From: Candidatus Atabeyarchaeum deiterrae
GTDB taxonomy: Archaea > Asgardarchaeota > Atabeyarchaeia > Atabeyarchaeales > Atabeyarchaeaceae
Length of the DNA stretch: 64,000 nt
Direction: 5' to 3'
Assembly: GCA_037310415.1 (NCBI GenBank)
Contig: CP147780.1
Coordinates: 1,024,001 to 1,088,000, forward strand
Below are positions 28,399 to 38,446 of the stretch, piece by piece. Numbering within the stretch: the stretch's first letter is position 1; the number at the start of each line of letters is the position of its first letter. The notes beneath the pieces were generated by a model. It searched no databases. It was not told where the DNA came from and saw only the letters and a list, made by a program, of their open reading frames with translations. A program made the translations under genes and the position numbers.

Positions 28399-28725
28399 GT
28401 GACGTTTACTTTGACTAGAAGCATAAGACGACTCGGAATTGTTGGAATTACCTTTGCGTTCATCGGCATCCTGACTATCTTCTCAGGGTTCTTGCTTGAT
28501 TATCTCCTGCAAGGAAGCGGGGAATTGAATGTCTCTTTCGGCGGAGTCGTCATGATAGGACCCATTCCCGTAATATTTGGAACCGATAGAACATCTGTCT
28601 TAATTGCTGTCATCGGGGCTGCAATCTTGATGGTGTCTATGCTCATCCTGATGTGTGCAGGTTACAGGAAGAGAACGTACTCTTACTCATATCATCGACC
28701 TGCTCGTGCAATGAAGAACTTGTAG
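28399..28725 (+). CDS. DUF131 / TIGR00304 family membrane protein (second copy)
   Basis: FGGVVMIGPIPVIFGTD between two TM helices. Confidence 0.85.
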   Translation: MTFTLTRSIRRLGIVGITFAFIGILTIFSGFLLDYLLQGSGELNVSFGGVVMIGPIPVIFGTDRTSVLIAVIGAAILMVSMLILMCAGYRKRTYSYSYHRPARAMKNL

Positions 28726-28847
28726 AAGGTATCAAAGAAAACGTTTTAAGAGCCATTGGTCGACGAGAACTTTTGTGCTTCACCAGTGTTTACGGAACCA
28801 GTGACGAACCATGAGCGGCGAACACGATGTCGTTTTTCTGCCAACTA

Positions 28848-31424
28848 CTAAGTGAAGCTGACTTGCGCTGTCGCATAGATGCTTCCATAGTAGCTTGAGA
28901 CAAGCCTCAAGTTTGCTAGCGTGCCATTCACAAAGGGGGAAGCTTGTATCTGGATAATGGCTGACTGCCCTGGGTTCAGGTAATAGGTTTCGGAATGTGA
29001 TACATATGCAGTCCCGTTCCAGACCTTGATTGGGGTGTCAATACTCCACTGATACGTATTGTTCAACCACAAAGCTCCCGTGTGTACTCTACCGGTCCAA
29101 TCTGTGAATCGGTTCAATGGGATAGCTGGAGTGGAGTTTCCGCCAATGTTCTTGACATTCAGTGTCACAGTTCCGTTGTTCTTGTAGAACGTTGTGTTTG
29201 CGGGCAGTATTTGGAGGTTGCCCATCATCTGAAGCGGCGTGTAGTCGACTTTGTAGATCTTTACAAGGTGGTTGTTGGATGCAAATGCCACTTTGAAGAA
29301 CTGAGGGCCATACGCATCTATGGACGTCACAGGAGTGAAATCATATAATTGTTGCGTTGTTTGCCAATAATCGTTTAGAGCTAGAAGGGTCGTGTCAGTG
29401 TTCGAGACACCCACCGCCGGGAACGACTCGGTTGCAATCTTGTTGTGATACTGTGAAGAAGACGTTCCCATCGCTGCGATCAAGTACGCATCGAGAGTGG
29501 TTTGCCCCAGCGGCTCAAGATTGTACATCAAGCGATATAGAGTCGTATCAAAGAATTTCGGTTGGATCAGACCACTTGATTCATCGAAGTATTGGGTTTC
29601 GTCAATGAGACCCTTCGATGCAAAGTTGTCTGCGGCAATTCTTAACATCCACAGCCACTTACCTTCATCGCCACCAATACTCGATTGCATATGCCCAAAG
29701 TACACTAGAACATAGCTGGCATTCCATCTCTGTAAGATCTGCAGCGTCGCAGTTTCATTGGTTTGCATGAACGCTAATCCTACTAATGCGATCTGCGTGC
29801 TATTGATAGTTCCATTATCATCTACCGATGTCCTGTTTCCAACGCACGTAATATAGTATCCGTAGTCCCACCAGCTGGCAACGACTGCACCTGGAGGAGC
29901 TTCATTGTTCAACCACGCCATTGCCTGTAACCAATCACGATAGGCCCCTCCAGGGAGAATGTCAGGGGGAGATAGCAATTGAATCAGCGGATAGCTTTGT
30001 CCGGGCGAATTAGAGATAATGGTACCACCATAAGCGAAAACAATGATCCCGATCAAGAAGAATGCGACAGCTGAGTAATCGCGGCCGACGCTCGGGGTTA
30101 TCCGCACTCTCTTCCTATGGACGATTTCTTCTTTGGGAGTTGACATTATTCTGGCAAACGGTTTTAGTGTGCTGGATAGCCCGTAGCCAGCAAGCACCGC
30201 CAGTATAGGTGAGAGAGTTATCACTATTCTCACCATCGATCCAGCAAAATAAATGAGGGTAATGGCCGAGATTATGATGAAGATATCTGCATCCTGGAGT
30301 CTCTTGAAAGCGAACCAGAGCCCCACGACGGCTAGAACCAAGACCACGCTTACATACCAGAAGAATGTTCCCCACTCTGTCGGCTGCTGTTCACCGACGG
30401 AAGCAAGAATTCTTGCCTGTTGATCTCTGAAGATTGGTATGATCACCGTGAGGAACTTCGGCCCAATGGGGCTAAGCGCGAATATAACAATGAACCCAGC
30501 AGCCACCAATGTGAAAAGAATGAACGGGTTGAATGTCTTTATCTTCATTCCTAATCTGCTGAACAGAGGTACCTTGGTAAGATACTTCACGCTTTCGTAT
30601 ACGATCAGGACGCCCAGCAGAAATATCGCTGGAAGAATCTCTGCTTGTTTCAATATGCTTGGAGTATTGCGGGGTGCGAGAACTGCTATGAACAGTCCGA
30701 TCAGCATTGTTATACTATATGTGTTGAAGAGTTTGACACTATAACGACGCATTATAAGCATAAGAAAGGCGAATAGGGTGAATATGTCGATGACATACAC
30801 ATAGGTTCCCCAGCTAATGCATATGAATCCTAAGGACAGACCAGCTGCGATGGCTGATGGTACTGAACCTCTTTTCAGAGATCTGACGAAGAAGTAGAAT
30901 GTGACGAGCATTACGAAAATACCAAAAGGCTCGTTGTCGAAGAATCCTGCGACTTGCCTCTGTATTATCGCTGGAGAAACTGCTATGAAGAATGCTGCAA
31001 GAACCCCTGCGCGACTGTCAAACAACTCCTTCGCAAGAAAGTATACTACAATTGGTGTCAGGGCTCCGAACACAACAGGCATGTAGTAACACACAGCGAA
31101 AGTCGAAACATGAATCCCTATCGCGTTGACAAAGTAATGGAGAATCACAGCCGTGAAAACCATTCCGGGATAAGTAGTTCCAGGTACGTCTCTTCCAAAT
31201 GGATACCAAGCAGAGTAGTCTCGCCAGCTGAACCAAGCGGGAAATCCATTGTTGACGATGTAGTCAACATTCCGCATGAAGTAGAAGGGATCAAATTCTT
31301 TGAGAAGAGGTTCGTAGAGAAATACCGGGGAGAGTCTAATAAGAAGTGCAATGACGAAGATAATTATTAGCGAACCTGCAAGTATGGCGCTGCTGCGAGG
31401 GATCTTCGCTCCGGCAGCTTTCAC
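28848..31424 (-). CDS. aglB: Oligosaccharyltransferase STT3/AglB
   Basis: EFDPFY, WYPFGR, TYPG, AGFFDNE, SWGTY, SVGEQQP, WWDYGY, DNGT, DEGKWLWMLRIA. The frame stays open upstream to ATT 31490. Confidence 0.95.
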   Translation of the reverse strand: MKAAGAKIPRSSAILAGSLIIIFVIALLIRLSPVFLYEPLLKEFDPFYFMRNVDYIVNNGFPAWFSWRDYSAWYPFGRDVPGTTYPGMVFTAVILHYFVNAIGIHVSTFAVCYYMPVVFGALTPIVVYFLAKELFDSRAGVLAAFFIAVSPAIIQRQVAGFFDNEPFGIFVMLVTFYFFVRSLKRGSVPSAIAAGLSLGFICISWGTYVYVIDIFTLFAFLMLIMRRYSVKLFNTYSITMLIGLFIAVLAPRNTPSILKQAEILPAIFLLGVLIVYESVKYLTKVPLFSRLGMKIKTFNPFILFTLVAAGFIVIFALSPIGPKFLTVIIPIFRDQQARILASVGEQQPTEWGTFFWYVSVVLVLAVVGLWFAFKRLQDADIFIIISAITLIYFAGSMVRIVITLSPILAVLAGYGLSSTLKPFARIMSTPKEEIVHRKRVRITPSVGRDYSAVAFFLIGIIVFAYGGTIISNSPGQSYPLIQLLSPPDILPGGAYRDWLQAMAWLNNEAPPGAVVASWWDYGYYITCVGNRTSVDDNGTINSTQIALVGLAFMQTNETATLQILQRWNASYVLVYFGHMQSSIGGDEGKWLWMLRIAADNFASKGLIDETQYFDESSGLIQPKFFDTTLYRLMYNLEPLGQTTLDAYLIAAMGTSSSQYHNKIATESFPAVGVSNTDTTLLALNDYWQTTQQLYDFTPVTSIDAYGPQFFKVAFASNNHLVKIYKVDYTPLQMMGNLQILPANTTFYKNNGTVTLNVKNIGGNSTPAIPLNRFTDWTGRVHTGALWLNNTYQWSIDTPIKVWNGTAYVSHSETYYLNPGQSAIIQIQASPFVNGTLANLRLVSSYYGSIYATAQVSFT

Positions 31425-31913
31425 TGCACCACGAATGAACCCACCTATCTTACCTACACCTTTCTTGAAGGCTCTCCAGACAACCGAAATAGCTCAGAAA
31501 CCCCCGACGCATTTGACATCTCAAATTTGAGGAAAGGGTTGAAATCGGATTGTGAACAGTTACTCATATACTTTATGGTATGACTTTGATTCTGTGCAAC
31601 CCTTCTTGGATTCAGTCCATGCGACGATCATATGGCTGACTAGTATAATAGTCAAGCCCCTCCTTGCTGCGAAGATATAATCTACCGAAGATAATCTCGG
31701 CTGGTCGGTTCTAAAACCTTAACTTCATCAAAACACAGTCGCTGTAAAGGCAACAAGATTTAAGTCTGAAAAAGAATATTCCCTCTTCAACTTAAAACAG
31801 ATGACCTTTGTTTCGAGTAGCACACTAGTCTCGTAGCTCTTCATGTTCACCAAGTCAGGTGCCTACAGAGGGTGTTGCATCCAATCGAATTGTGAGCCTC
31901 AGAGGTCATAAAC

Positions 31914-33203
31914 ATGCTTGACATAAAACTGATTAGAGAAAACCCTGAAGCGGTGAAAAACAACCTCAGGAAAAGAGGAGACAATGAAAAGCTAGCCTGG
32001 ACAGATGAATTGATCCAACTAGACAGCAAATGGAGAGACTCGAAGAAAAAGGTGGAAGAACTCAGACACAGAAGAAACCTCCTTTCTGAGAAAATAGGTC
32101 AGATCAAGCGCAAAAAGCAGGACGCCTCAAAGGAGCTAGAAGAAACTCAGCGCATCCCTCTGGACATAAAGAAGACCGAAGAACAGATGGCAAAACAGGA
32201 AGAAAGGATCAAATTCATACTCATGAGGCTTCCAAACCTATTGCACGACTCTGTTCCAATAGGGAAAGATGATAGCGAAAACGTCGAAGTCAAACGCTGG
32301 GGAGAAACAAGGGAATATGCTTTCACACCTAGAAGCCATATTGACCTCATGATTGAACTCGACCTGCTCGACCTGGATAGGGCAGCCAAAGTCTCAGGTG
32401 CACGTTTCTACTACATGAAGAATGAAGCCGTCCTACTGGAACTCGCGTTAGAGAGATTTGCAGTCGACTACTTGAGAAACAAAGGATTCACAATAATCGA
32501 ACCTCCTTTCATGATCAAAAAGGAACCTTACGAAGGAGTTACCTCACTAGCGGACTTTAAGGACACACTTTACAAGATTGAAGGAGAAGACCTCTACCTA
32601 ATTGCCACATCAGAACACCCTATGGGTGCAATGTTCATGAATGAAGTCCTGCCAGCAGAAACCCTTCCGATCAAGAGCGCTGGCATAAGCCCGTGCTTTA
32701 GGAAAGAAGCTGGAGCACATGGCAAGGACACAAAAGGAATCTTCAGAGTTCACCAATTCAACAAGATTGAGCAGTTCATCTTTTGCAGACCAGAGGATTC
32801 ATGGAGCTTTCACGAAGAGCTCTTGGCAAACGCCGAAGGGCTCTACCAAAAGCTTGGCATTCCTTACAGAGTGGTGAATATCTGCACTGGGGACATCGGA
32901 ACAGTTGCAGCCAAGAAATACGACATTGAAGCATGGATGCCAGTTCAAAAAGCATTCCGAGAAGTCGTATCATGTAGTAATTGCACAGACTACCAAGCGA
33001 GGAGGCTGAACATAAGGTACAGAGAGAAGACAGGTGAGAAATCAGAATTCATACACACGTTGAATAGCACTGCGATAGCGACACAGAGAACGATAGTAGC
33101 AATAGTTGAGAACTGCCAATTGGCAGACGGTTCGCTAAAGATACCAGAAGTGCTTGTTCCGTATATGAGCGGAATTGCAGAAATCAGGGGCAAAAAGCGA
33201 TAG
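31914..33203 (+). CDS. serS: Seryl-tRNA synthetase
   Basis: MLDIKLIREN, AAKVSGARF, LIATSEH, CFRKEAG, FRVHQFNKIEQF, EVVSCSNCTDYQARR, HTLNST. Confidence 0.98.
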   Translation: MLDIKLIRENPEAVKNNLRKRGDNEKLAWTDELIQLDSKWRDSKKKVEELRHRRNLLSEKIGQIKRKKQDASKELEETQRIPLDIKKTEEQMAKQEERIKFILMRLPNLLHDSVPIGKDDSENVEVKRWGETREYAFTPRSHIDLMIELDLLDLDRAAKVSGARFYYMKNEAVLLELALERFAVDYLRNKGFTIIEPPFMIKKEPYEGVTSLADFKDTLYKIEGEDLYLIATSEHPMGAMFMNEVLPAETLPIKSAGISPCFRKEAGAHGKDTKGIFRVHQFNKIEQFIFCRPEDSWSFHEELLANAEGLYQKLGIPYRVVNICTGDIGTVAAKKYDIEAWMPVQKAFREVVSCSNCTDYQARRLNIRYREKTGEKSEFIHTLNSTAIATQRTIVAIVENCQLADGSLKIPEVLVPYMSGIAEIRGKKR

Positions 33204-33238
33204 CCCGTTATGTTGAGAGTCGCAGATGGTGTGCTGGA

Positions 33239-34531
33239 ATGTTTGACGCAATTGTTGTAGGTGGCGGTATTGGCGGGCTCGCCACAGGAGCACTTCTAAC
33301 CAAGAAGGGTTTCAAAGTGTTGTTGCTAGAACAGGCTGGGATCCTCGGTGGACGTGCCAACAGCATTGATTACAAGAAACAGTATATCGTTGACTGGGGG
33401 ATCCACCTTCTCAGGTTTGGGGATAAGGGTATTGCCGCGCAGGTCTTCAATGCACTTGGAGAGAGACTTGAAGTCGTGGAACCTGGGGAAGGGAGACTCT
33501 TCCACGAAGGACAATGGTTTGAGCTTCCGACCAAAGCTGATGTTCTGAGGAGGACCCCGCTTCTTACTGACGAAGACAAAAAGGCGGTTGGAGGACTACT
33601 AGTTAAGATCATAGGAACCGCTCCAGAAAAAACACTCGGTCTCTCAATTGCCGAGTGGCTGGAGGATATGGGTGTCAGTAAGAGATTGGAATGGATCATG
33701 AAGTTGATCAGCAAGCTTTGCATTACAACACATTCTCCTTCGGACCTCTCTTGCGGCGAAGTGTTCACGGTGATATCAGGCGCCCTGAAAACTGGAAAAT
33801 CAGTGGGATATCCGAGAGGCGGGTGGAAGTCAATAGTCGAAAGACTAGCTTCCCTAATCTTGGAGGGAGGCGGAGAGCTAAAGACCAACATGAGAGTTGA
33901 GAAGATCACGATAGATGGTCGGATGAGAGCACGGGGGATTATCGCTGGTAGCAGCAGGATCGAAGCTGACAATATTGTATATGCTGGAACTTGCCAGCAG
34001 CTTCATAATCTCGTGGATGAGGGTGATGTTGGAGGAGCATTTCTTGCAAGGGCCACAGCAATAATGCCCACGGCTGGCGTTAGCATAGATCTTGGCATAC
34101 GCGGCAAAGCTTCTGATTTGAATGGGATGGTCGCAATTTACGAACCCTTCATACTGGGTCAGTTTACCTCGAATATCGATCCATCAGTTGCTCCATCAGG
34201 TCAGCAACTTGCAACATTTCTCTCCGTCTTGTCCCCCGATGAGGTTAGGAAAAAGACTAAGGTCGAGCAAGCTTTTGAGGTCTTGGAGAGCTATGTACTC
34301 AAAATGTTTCCTAGAATTAAGGGATCCATCCTTTGGAAGAGGAAAACTACCATGGATATTGTTGACGGTGTCCTTCCTTCAACCCTGCAGTCAAGGGAAA
34401 AGAGAATAGGATTCATGGGTCCGGTCAAAGGGCTTTACTTCGCTGGCGACTGCTATGATGGGGAAGGCGGGGGAAGTGACATTGCGTTTCACTCCGCAAG
34501 GAGATGCGCCGAAGTGATTGGGAATAAGTAG
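33239..34531 (+). CDS. FAD-dependent oxidoreductase, phytoene desaturase-like family
   Basis: DAIVVGGGIGGL, LLEQ...LGGR, YPRGG, GLYFAGD. Confidence 0.85.
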   Translation: MFDAIVVGGGIGGLATGALLTKKGFKVLLLEQAGILGGRANSIDYKKQYIVDWGIHLLRFGDKGIAAQVFNALGERLEVVEPGEGRLFHEGQWFELPTKADVLRRTPLLTDEDKKAVGGLLVKIIGTAPEKTLGLSIAEWLEDMGVSKRLEWIMKLISKLCITTHSPSDLSCGEVFTVISGALKTGKSVGYPRGGWKSIVERLASLILEGGGELKTNMRVEKITIDGRMRARGIIAGSSRIEADNIVYAGTCQQLHNLVDEGDVGGAFLARATAIMPTAGVSIDLGIRGKASDLNGMVAIYEPFILGQFTSNIDPSVAPSGQQLATFLSVLSPDEVRKKTKVEQAFEVLESYVLKMFPRIKGSILWKRKTTMDIVDGVLPSTLQSREKRIGFMGPVKGLYFAGDCYDGEGGGSDIAFHSARRCAEVIGNK

Positions 34532-34778
34532 AGTGATCCCACCCAATGGTTCATGGCGAGGTTCGCAAAAAACCACTACTCAGAGTAGTAGTAACTGAAG
34601 TTACACCGTTGAGTTAAATTCTCCTCTCTTGAGAAGTAAACCCTGTGTTGAGGGTGCGGCATTACTATTTCTTCTTTTAGAAGAAAGTCCCCTCCCCCTC
34701 CTCCGCCGCGCCTTCAACTTTCTGTCATACCATCAAGCATATCCCAGCTTGGGTGCTATAGGAGAGTTCCCAGTTATC

Positions 34779-35897
34779 CTACTTCAAGAGATTGTTCAGA
34801 GTATCGATTATCTTGGAGAGGTCTTCGCTAGTGACGGCTGGATGGCAAGGAAGGGACATGACTTCGTCCGCGGCGACCTCTGATTCTGGGAAGTCACCTT
34901 TTCTGTACTTGAAAGTGCTCGCGTAATAGGGTGACAAATGTATGGGACTTTCATAGTACGCGGCCGCCGTGATTCCATTCTCTCCGAGCTTCTTAATTAT
35001 GTCGTTACGAGACAATGGTGACTTACCAGATCTTACTCTGGTGGTGTAGAGGTACCATGTATGTTTAGCCCATTCTTCAACCATTGGAAGCTCTATGCCT
35101 GGAAGGTGGTCCTTGAGACCCTCTGTGAGGGCAAAAGCGTTTCTCTTTCTAGCTTCCAGGAAAGTAGGCAATTTTCTGAGTTGAACACGTCCTATGGCTG
35201 CCTCAATCTCTGGCATCCTATAGTTGTGACCAAGCATTTCGCATTGATATTCTTCTTTCTCCCCATGTCTCCTAATCATCCAGATTCTGTTTGCGAGCTC
35301 GTCGTCGCTTGTAGTTACCGCTCCTCCCTCACCTGTCGTAATATTCTTGCTGGCATAGAATGAAAAGCAGGCTAGATGCCCGATGGAACCGGTTTTCTTC
35401 CCCTTATACTCAGCTCCAATTGACTGGGCGCAATCTTCGATAACATAGATTCCTTTGTTCTCGGCCAGCTCCATCAACGGATCCATGTCAGCAGGGTGAC
35501 CATAAAGATGAACAGGAATTATGGCCTTGGTCCTTTTTGTAATCACTTTCTTGACCTTGCTAGGATCAATAGTATAGTTTCTCCCAGTTATGTCCGCGAA
35601 GACGGGTCTCGCGCCTGCTAGCAGAGCGACGTTGGCAGTGGCAATAAATGTGAACGGAGGAACAATCACCTCATCTCCGCTCTTGATACCGACCGCGAGA
35701 AGAGCTGAGTGAAGGGCAGCAGTTCCAGAGTTCACAGTCAACACATGTTTTACACCCAAGTATGATCCGAGCTCATTCTGGAACGCTTTATTCATCGGTC
35801 CCTCGCCGAGGCGGTTAGTCAATATCCCCGAACTTAGGACTTTCATTACTTCCTCCTTTTCTTCTGATCCTACAATAGGTCTGTTTATTGGTATCAT
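34779..35897 (-). CDS. DegT/DnrJ/EryC1/StrS family PLP-dependent sugar aminotransferase
   Basis: NSGTAAL, PPFTFIAT, PVHLYG, IEDCAQSIG, SFYASKNITTGEGG, GHNYRM. Confidence 0.95.
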   Translation of the reverse strand: MIPINRPIVGSEEKEEVMKVLSSGILTNRLGEGPMNKAFQNELGSYLGVKHVLTVNSGTAALHSALLAVGIKSGDEVIVPPFTFIATANVALLAGARPVFADITGRNYTIDPSKVKKVITKRTKAIIPVHLYGHPADMDPLMELAENKGIYVIEDCAQSIGAEYKGKKTGSIGHLACFSFYASKNITTGEGGAVTTSDDELANRIWMIRRHGEKEEYQCEMLGHNYRMPEIEAAIGRVQLRKLPTFLEARKRNAFALTEGLKDHLPGIELPMVEEWAKHTWYLYTTRVRSGKSPLSRNDIIKKLGENGITAAAYYESPIHLSPYYASTFKYRKGDFPESEVAADEVMSLPCHPAVTSEDLSKIIDTLNNLLK

Positions 35898-36182
35898 GCT
35901 TAGTATCAGACTCCGTGAAGAATCATGCTATGAGGAATAGTGAGAGGTACCTGACGCATATACATTCTTCTACTTTGGGTTCTCTTCACCGACGAGAGTT
36001 TATATCAGTTTTGATGCAAACCATCCTAATAGAAGGCAGCAGTTCTAACATTCTCTACCACGATGGACATCAGTGTCTTCAATCAAAGCGTCTTGATGGA
36101 ATAGACGTTGATACATGTCCATCGCGAAAGAGATATATCATACATCAGCCTTATCCTGAACTAGGAGGTATGAGGGTTGGAA

Positions 36183-36347
36183 ATGGAAGAAGAAAAGAAA
36201 GCGGAATACTATAAGAAACCAGAGCAGGTTGCGGCAGCACCGAAACCAGCGCACAAACCGGTACACAAGAAAGCAATACCCAAGGTCAAAGCCAAAGGCA
36301 AAGGCAAAGGCAAAGGCAAAGGCAAGGCAAAAGCACGCAAGAAATAG
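36183..36347 (+). CDS. 54-aa Lys/Ala/Gly/Pro-rich basic peptide
   Basis: Below the ORF-track cut-off: MEEEKKAEYYKKPEQVAAAPKPAHKPVHKKAIPKVKAKGKGKGKGKGKAKARKK. Purine-rich RBS upstream and a T-rich tract at about 36409-36430 downstream. Confidence 0.65.
   Translation: MEEEKKAEYYKKPEQVAAAPKPAHKPVHKKAIPKVKAKGKGKGKGKGKAKARKK
36294..36323 (+). repeat. (AAAGGC)5 in-frame tandem repeat encoding (KG)5
   Basis: Five exact hexamer copies read directly. Confidence 0.95.
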
Positions 36348-36447
36348 AAAATGTTACGCGTCTCAAAGGAAGCATTGGCATCGCTAAGCCCAGTCTGCCT
36401 CGCTTCCCTTCTTTTGTTTTCTGTCTTTTTCGGGGCGCACAGGTTCA

Positions 36448-37320
36448 TCAGGTACACTGATTCTTGAGGCACTGAGGCGTGAGGTTATCATCCCTCGTGG
36501 GATTTAATCTCGACAAGGCCTCTGCTTTGACTGGGGTTACCACCTTGCCTACAAGTCCGTGGAGAGAGTAAGGCAGCCTTGCGAATCTTGTTCCTCCTCT
36601 CGTAACCCATGGATCTATCGGTATGTGTTGCTCTTCTTTCACCCATTTTGCTAGTGCATCTCTTTCCTGGAATCGCAACTCGTACGCGCTAGGATCCTCT
36701 ATGTAGATGTGGAAGCCGCGTCCAGAGTAGATAACTTCAAGGTTAATGTAGCCTTTGCTCAGAAGAATGCCGTGGAGGCGGCGCGTGTATATTGCGGCTT
36801 TCCTGAAGCAGATGTAGCAGAACTGGTACATTGACTTTCTCCTAATTCTCTCGCCCAGAGTTCCACAGTTGGGGCAGTCAATGTTCTCAGGATCTATATC
36901 GAACATGAGATGTTGTCCCACTATATTAGTGCACGAGGCACAGTTCTTCTTTCCTAGCTTTCTGCATTTTAGGCATTTCTCCTTGTCTTCGTAGAGATTC
37001 CTATCGTAGTAGGTGTCCTCAGGACAATAGTCCACCAAGTTGTATCTCAGGTCATCGAGGTCTCTGACAGAAAAGAGGATTAAGGAACCTGCTGATGTAC
37101 TGTATTTCTTTCGTACTATTCCGCTCTCTGCCCCCACGTCAACTGAGAAGATCGGGTTTCTTAGTGGTTCGGGTAGCCGATGAAACCACTGTTTGACTTG
37201 ACCAATGGCGAATTCATCGGAGTAGAACTTCTTTCTCTGCAGGATCGTCGGCGGAAAATGATTGACAGGAAAACACAGCCTCTGAGACAAAGTCGATTCC
37301 TCTTGGTAATACTCTTTCAA
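36448..37320 (-). CDS. Archaeo-eukaryotic primase (PriS-like catalytic domain) with zinc-binding inserts
   Basis: LMFDIDP (DxD), YSGRGFHIY, IDPWVT, RLPYSLHG; four CxxC pairs. Confidence 0.85.
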   Translation of the reverse strand: MKEYYQEESTLSQRLCFPVNHFPPTILQRKKFYSDEFAIGQVKQWFHRLPEPLRNPIFSVDVGAESGIVRKKYSTSAGSLILFSVRDLDDLRYNLVDYCPEDTYYDRNLYEDKEKCLKCRKLGKKNCASCTNIVGQHLMFDIDPENIDCPNCGTLGERIRRKSMYQFCYICFRKAAIYTRRLHGILLSKGYINLEVIYSGRGFHIYIEDPSAYELRFQERDALAKWVKEEQHIPIDPWVTRGGTRFARLPYSLHGLVGKVVTPVKAEALSRLNPTRDDNLTPQCLKNQCT

Positions 37321-37345
37321 AGAATCTGCCGACCGACTTGGACTC

Positions 37346-38305
37346 TCAAGATACAGTCCATTTCTTTTCCTCAGCCTTTTCGTCTTCAGACTCTTGAACT
37401 TGACCCTTGCTGGACAGCATTTTAAGGTATGCAGAGGTCGTAAGTGCTGTTGCCACTGACTTCAATTCGCCTGACCAACCCAAGTTGAGCGATTTCTCAA
37501 TCATGTTAGCAACCTGCTGAGTCTTGGCTTCACCAAGCTGGCTGACTGTTTCGTATACTTCCTTTTTCCAAATCTCATGTGCATCTACTGCTCTGTTAAC
37601 TTGCTCCTTAATATTCCCACCAGAATAAGGCGCGTCATGAGACGGAACGAGGAGATCAATTCTCAATTCCAGCAGTCTATTCAATATGATCTCCTTTCTC
37701 TCAGCACTCCCCGTTAAGTCTATCACGTACTTTCCGGGATTAGAAGGAACTTCGATTACCTCGTCTCCTGCAAAAACAGCTCTCCTATAATCATCGTAGT
37801 ACATGACATGCCCGCCGCAATGACCCCCACTATGAATAACTGTTAAGGTAGAAAACCCCAAATCAAGTTTCTCCCCGCCCAGAAGAATGGAATCAGGGTT
37901 AATCGGCGCAATCTTCCCAAAGGTCGACTTCAGTTTTCGTGTTTCTGCACTTGACTCCCCAAACACATTGAAATGCTTTGTCGCGAGCGTGCTTGGATCT
38001 CTCAAAGCCTCGGCACCCGTGCCATGGATGTAGATTTTTCCACCAGTCGCACTTTTCAGGTCAAATGCTGAGCCGAAGTGGTCAAGGTGCTCATGTGTCA
38101 AGAGAATATAGCTGACGTCCTTTTTTGGATCCTTTCCGGACTTCTTGATGGCATCTATCACTTCTCTCCATAGCTCGCCCTTGCTTCCTGTGTCGATCAC
38201 GGCTATTTTTCTGTCGATGATTATGAAGGCAGAGTTGGCAATTCCATTCCCGTTGCTTTTCCCCGTGACTCTAATCAACCCTGGATACATTTCCTCGTAA
38301 GTCAA
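37346..38305 (-). CDS. MBL-fold metallo-hydrolase with C-terminal winged helix
   Basis: VIDTG, THEHLDHFG, GGHCGGH, FAGD, VPSH. Confidence 0.88.
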   Translation of the reverse strand: MTYEEMYPGLIRVTGKSNGNGIANSAFIIIDRKIAVIDTGSKGELWREVIDAIKKSGKDPKKDVSYILLTHEHLDHFGSAFDLKSATGGKIYIHGTGAEALRDPSTLATKHFNVFGESSAETRKLKSTFGKIAPINPDSILLGGEKLDLGFSTLTVIHSGGHCGGHVMYYDDYRRAVFAGDEVIEVPSNPGKYVIDLTGSAERKEIILNRLLELRIDLLVPSHDAPYSGGNIKEQVNRAVDAHEIWKKEVYETVSQLGEAKTQQVANMIEKSLNLGWSGELKSVATALTTSAYLKMLSSKGQVQESEDEKAEEKKWTVS

Positions 38306-38446
38306 TACACTCCCACCTTTACAATCACAATTACTGTGAGTTAATCACTTAATTCTGTTGGTTCATGTTAAACAAACATTAGCACACAGAGACAGATAGG
38401 AGCGATCTGGGCGAAGTGGCTCCACATCATGAATAATAAAGACGAT

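Noticed and set aside
33239-34531. Rab-GDI homologue
   Set aside because: The resemblance is limited to the shared FAD-oxidoreductase fold; the intact GxGxxG and GLYFAGD motifs fit an ordinary enzyme.
34679-34700. GAAGAAAGTCCCC resembles the RNase P RNA CR-I motif
   Set aside because: There is no matching 3' ACAGAAxxxGCTTA element, and too little intergenic space.
36209-36472. 87-aa minus-strand ORF with LPLPLP repeat
   Set aside because: It is the antisense shadow of the (KG)n peptide, which has the RBS and terminator.
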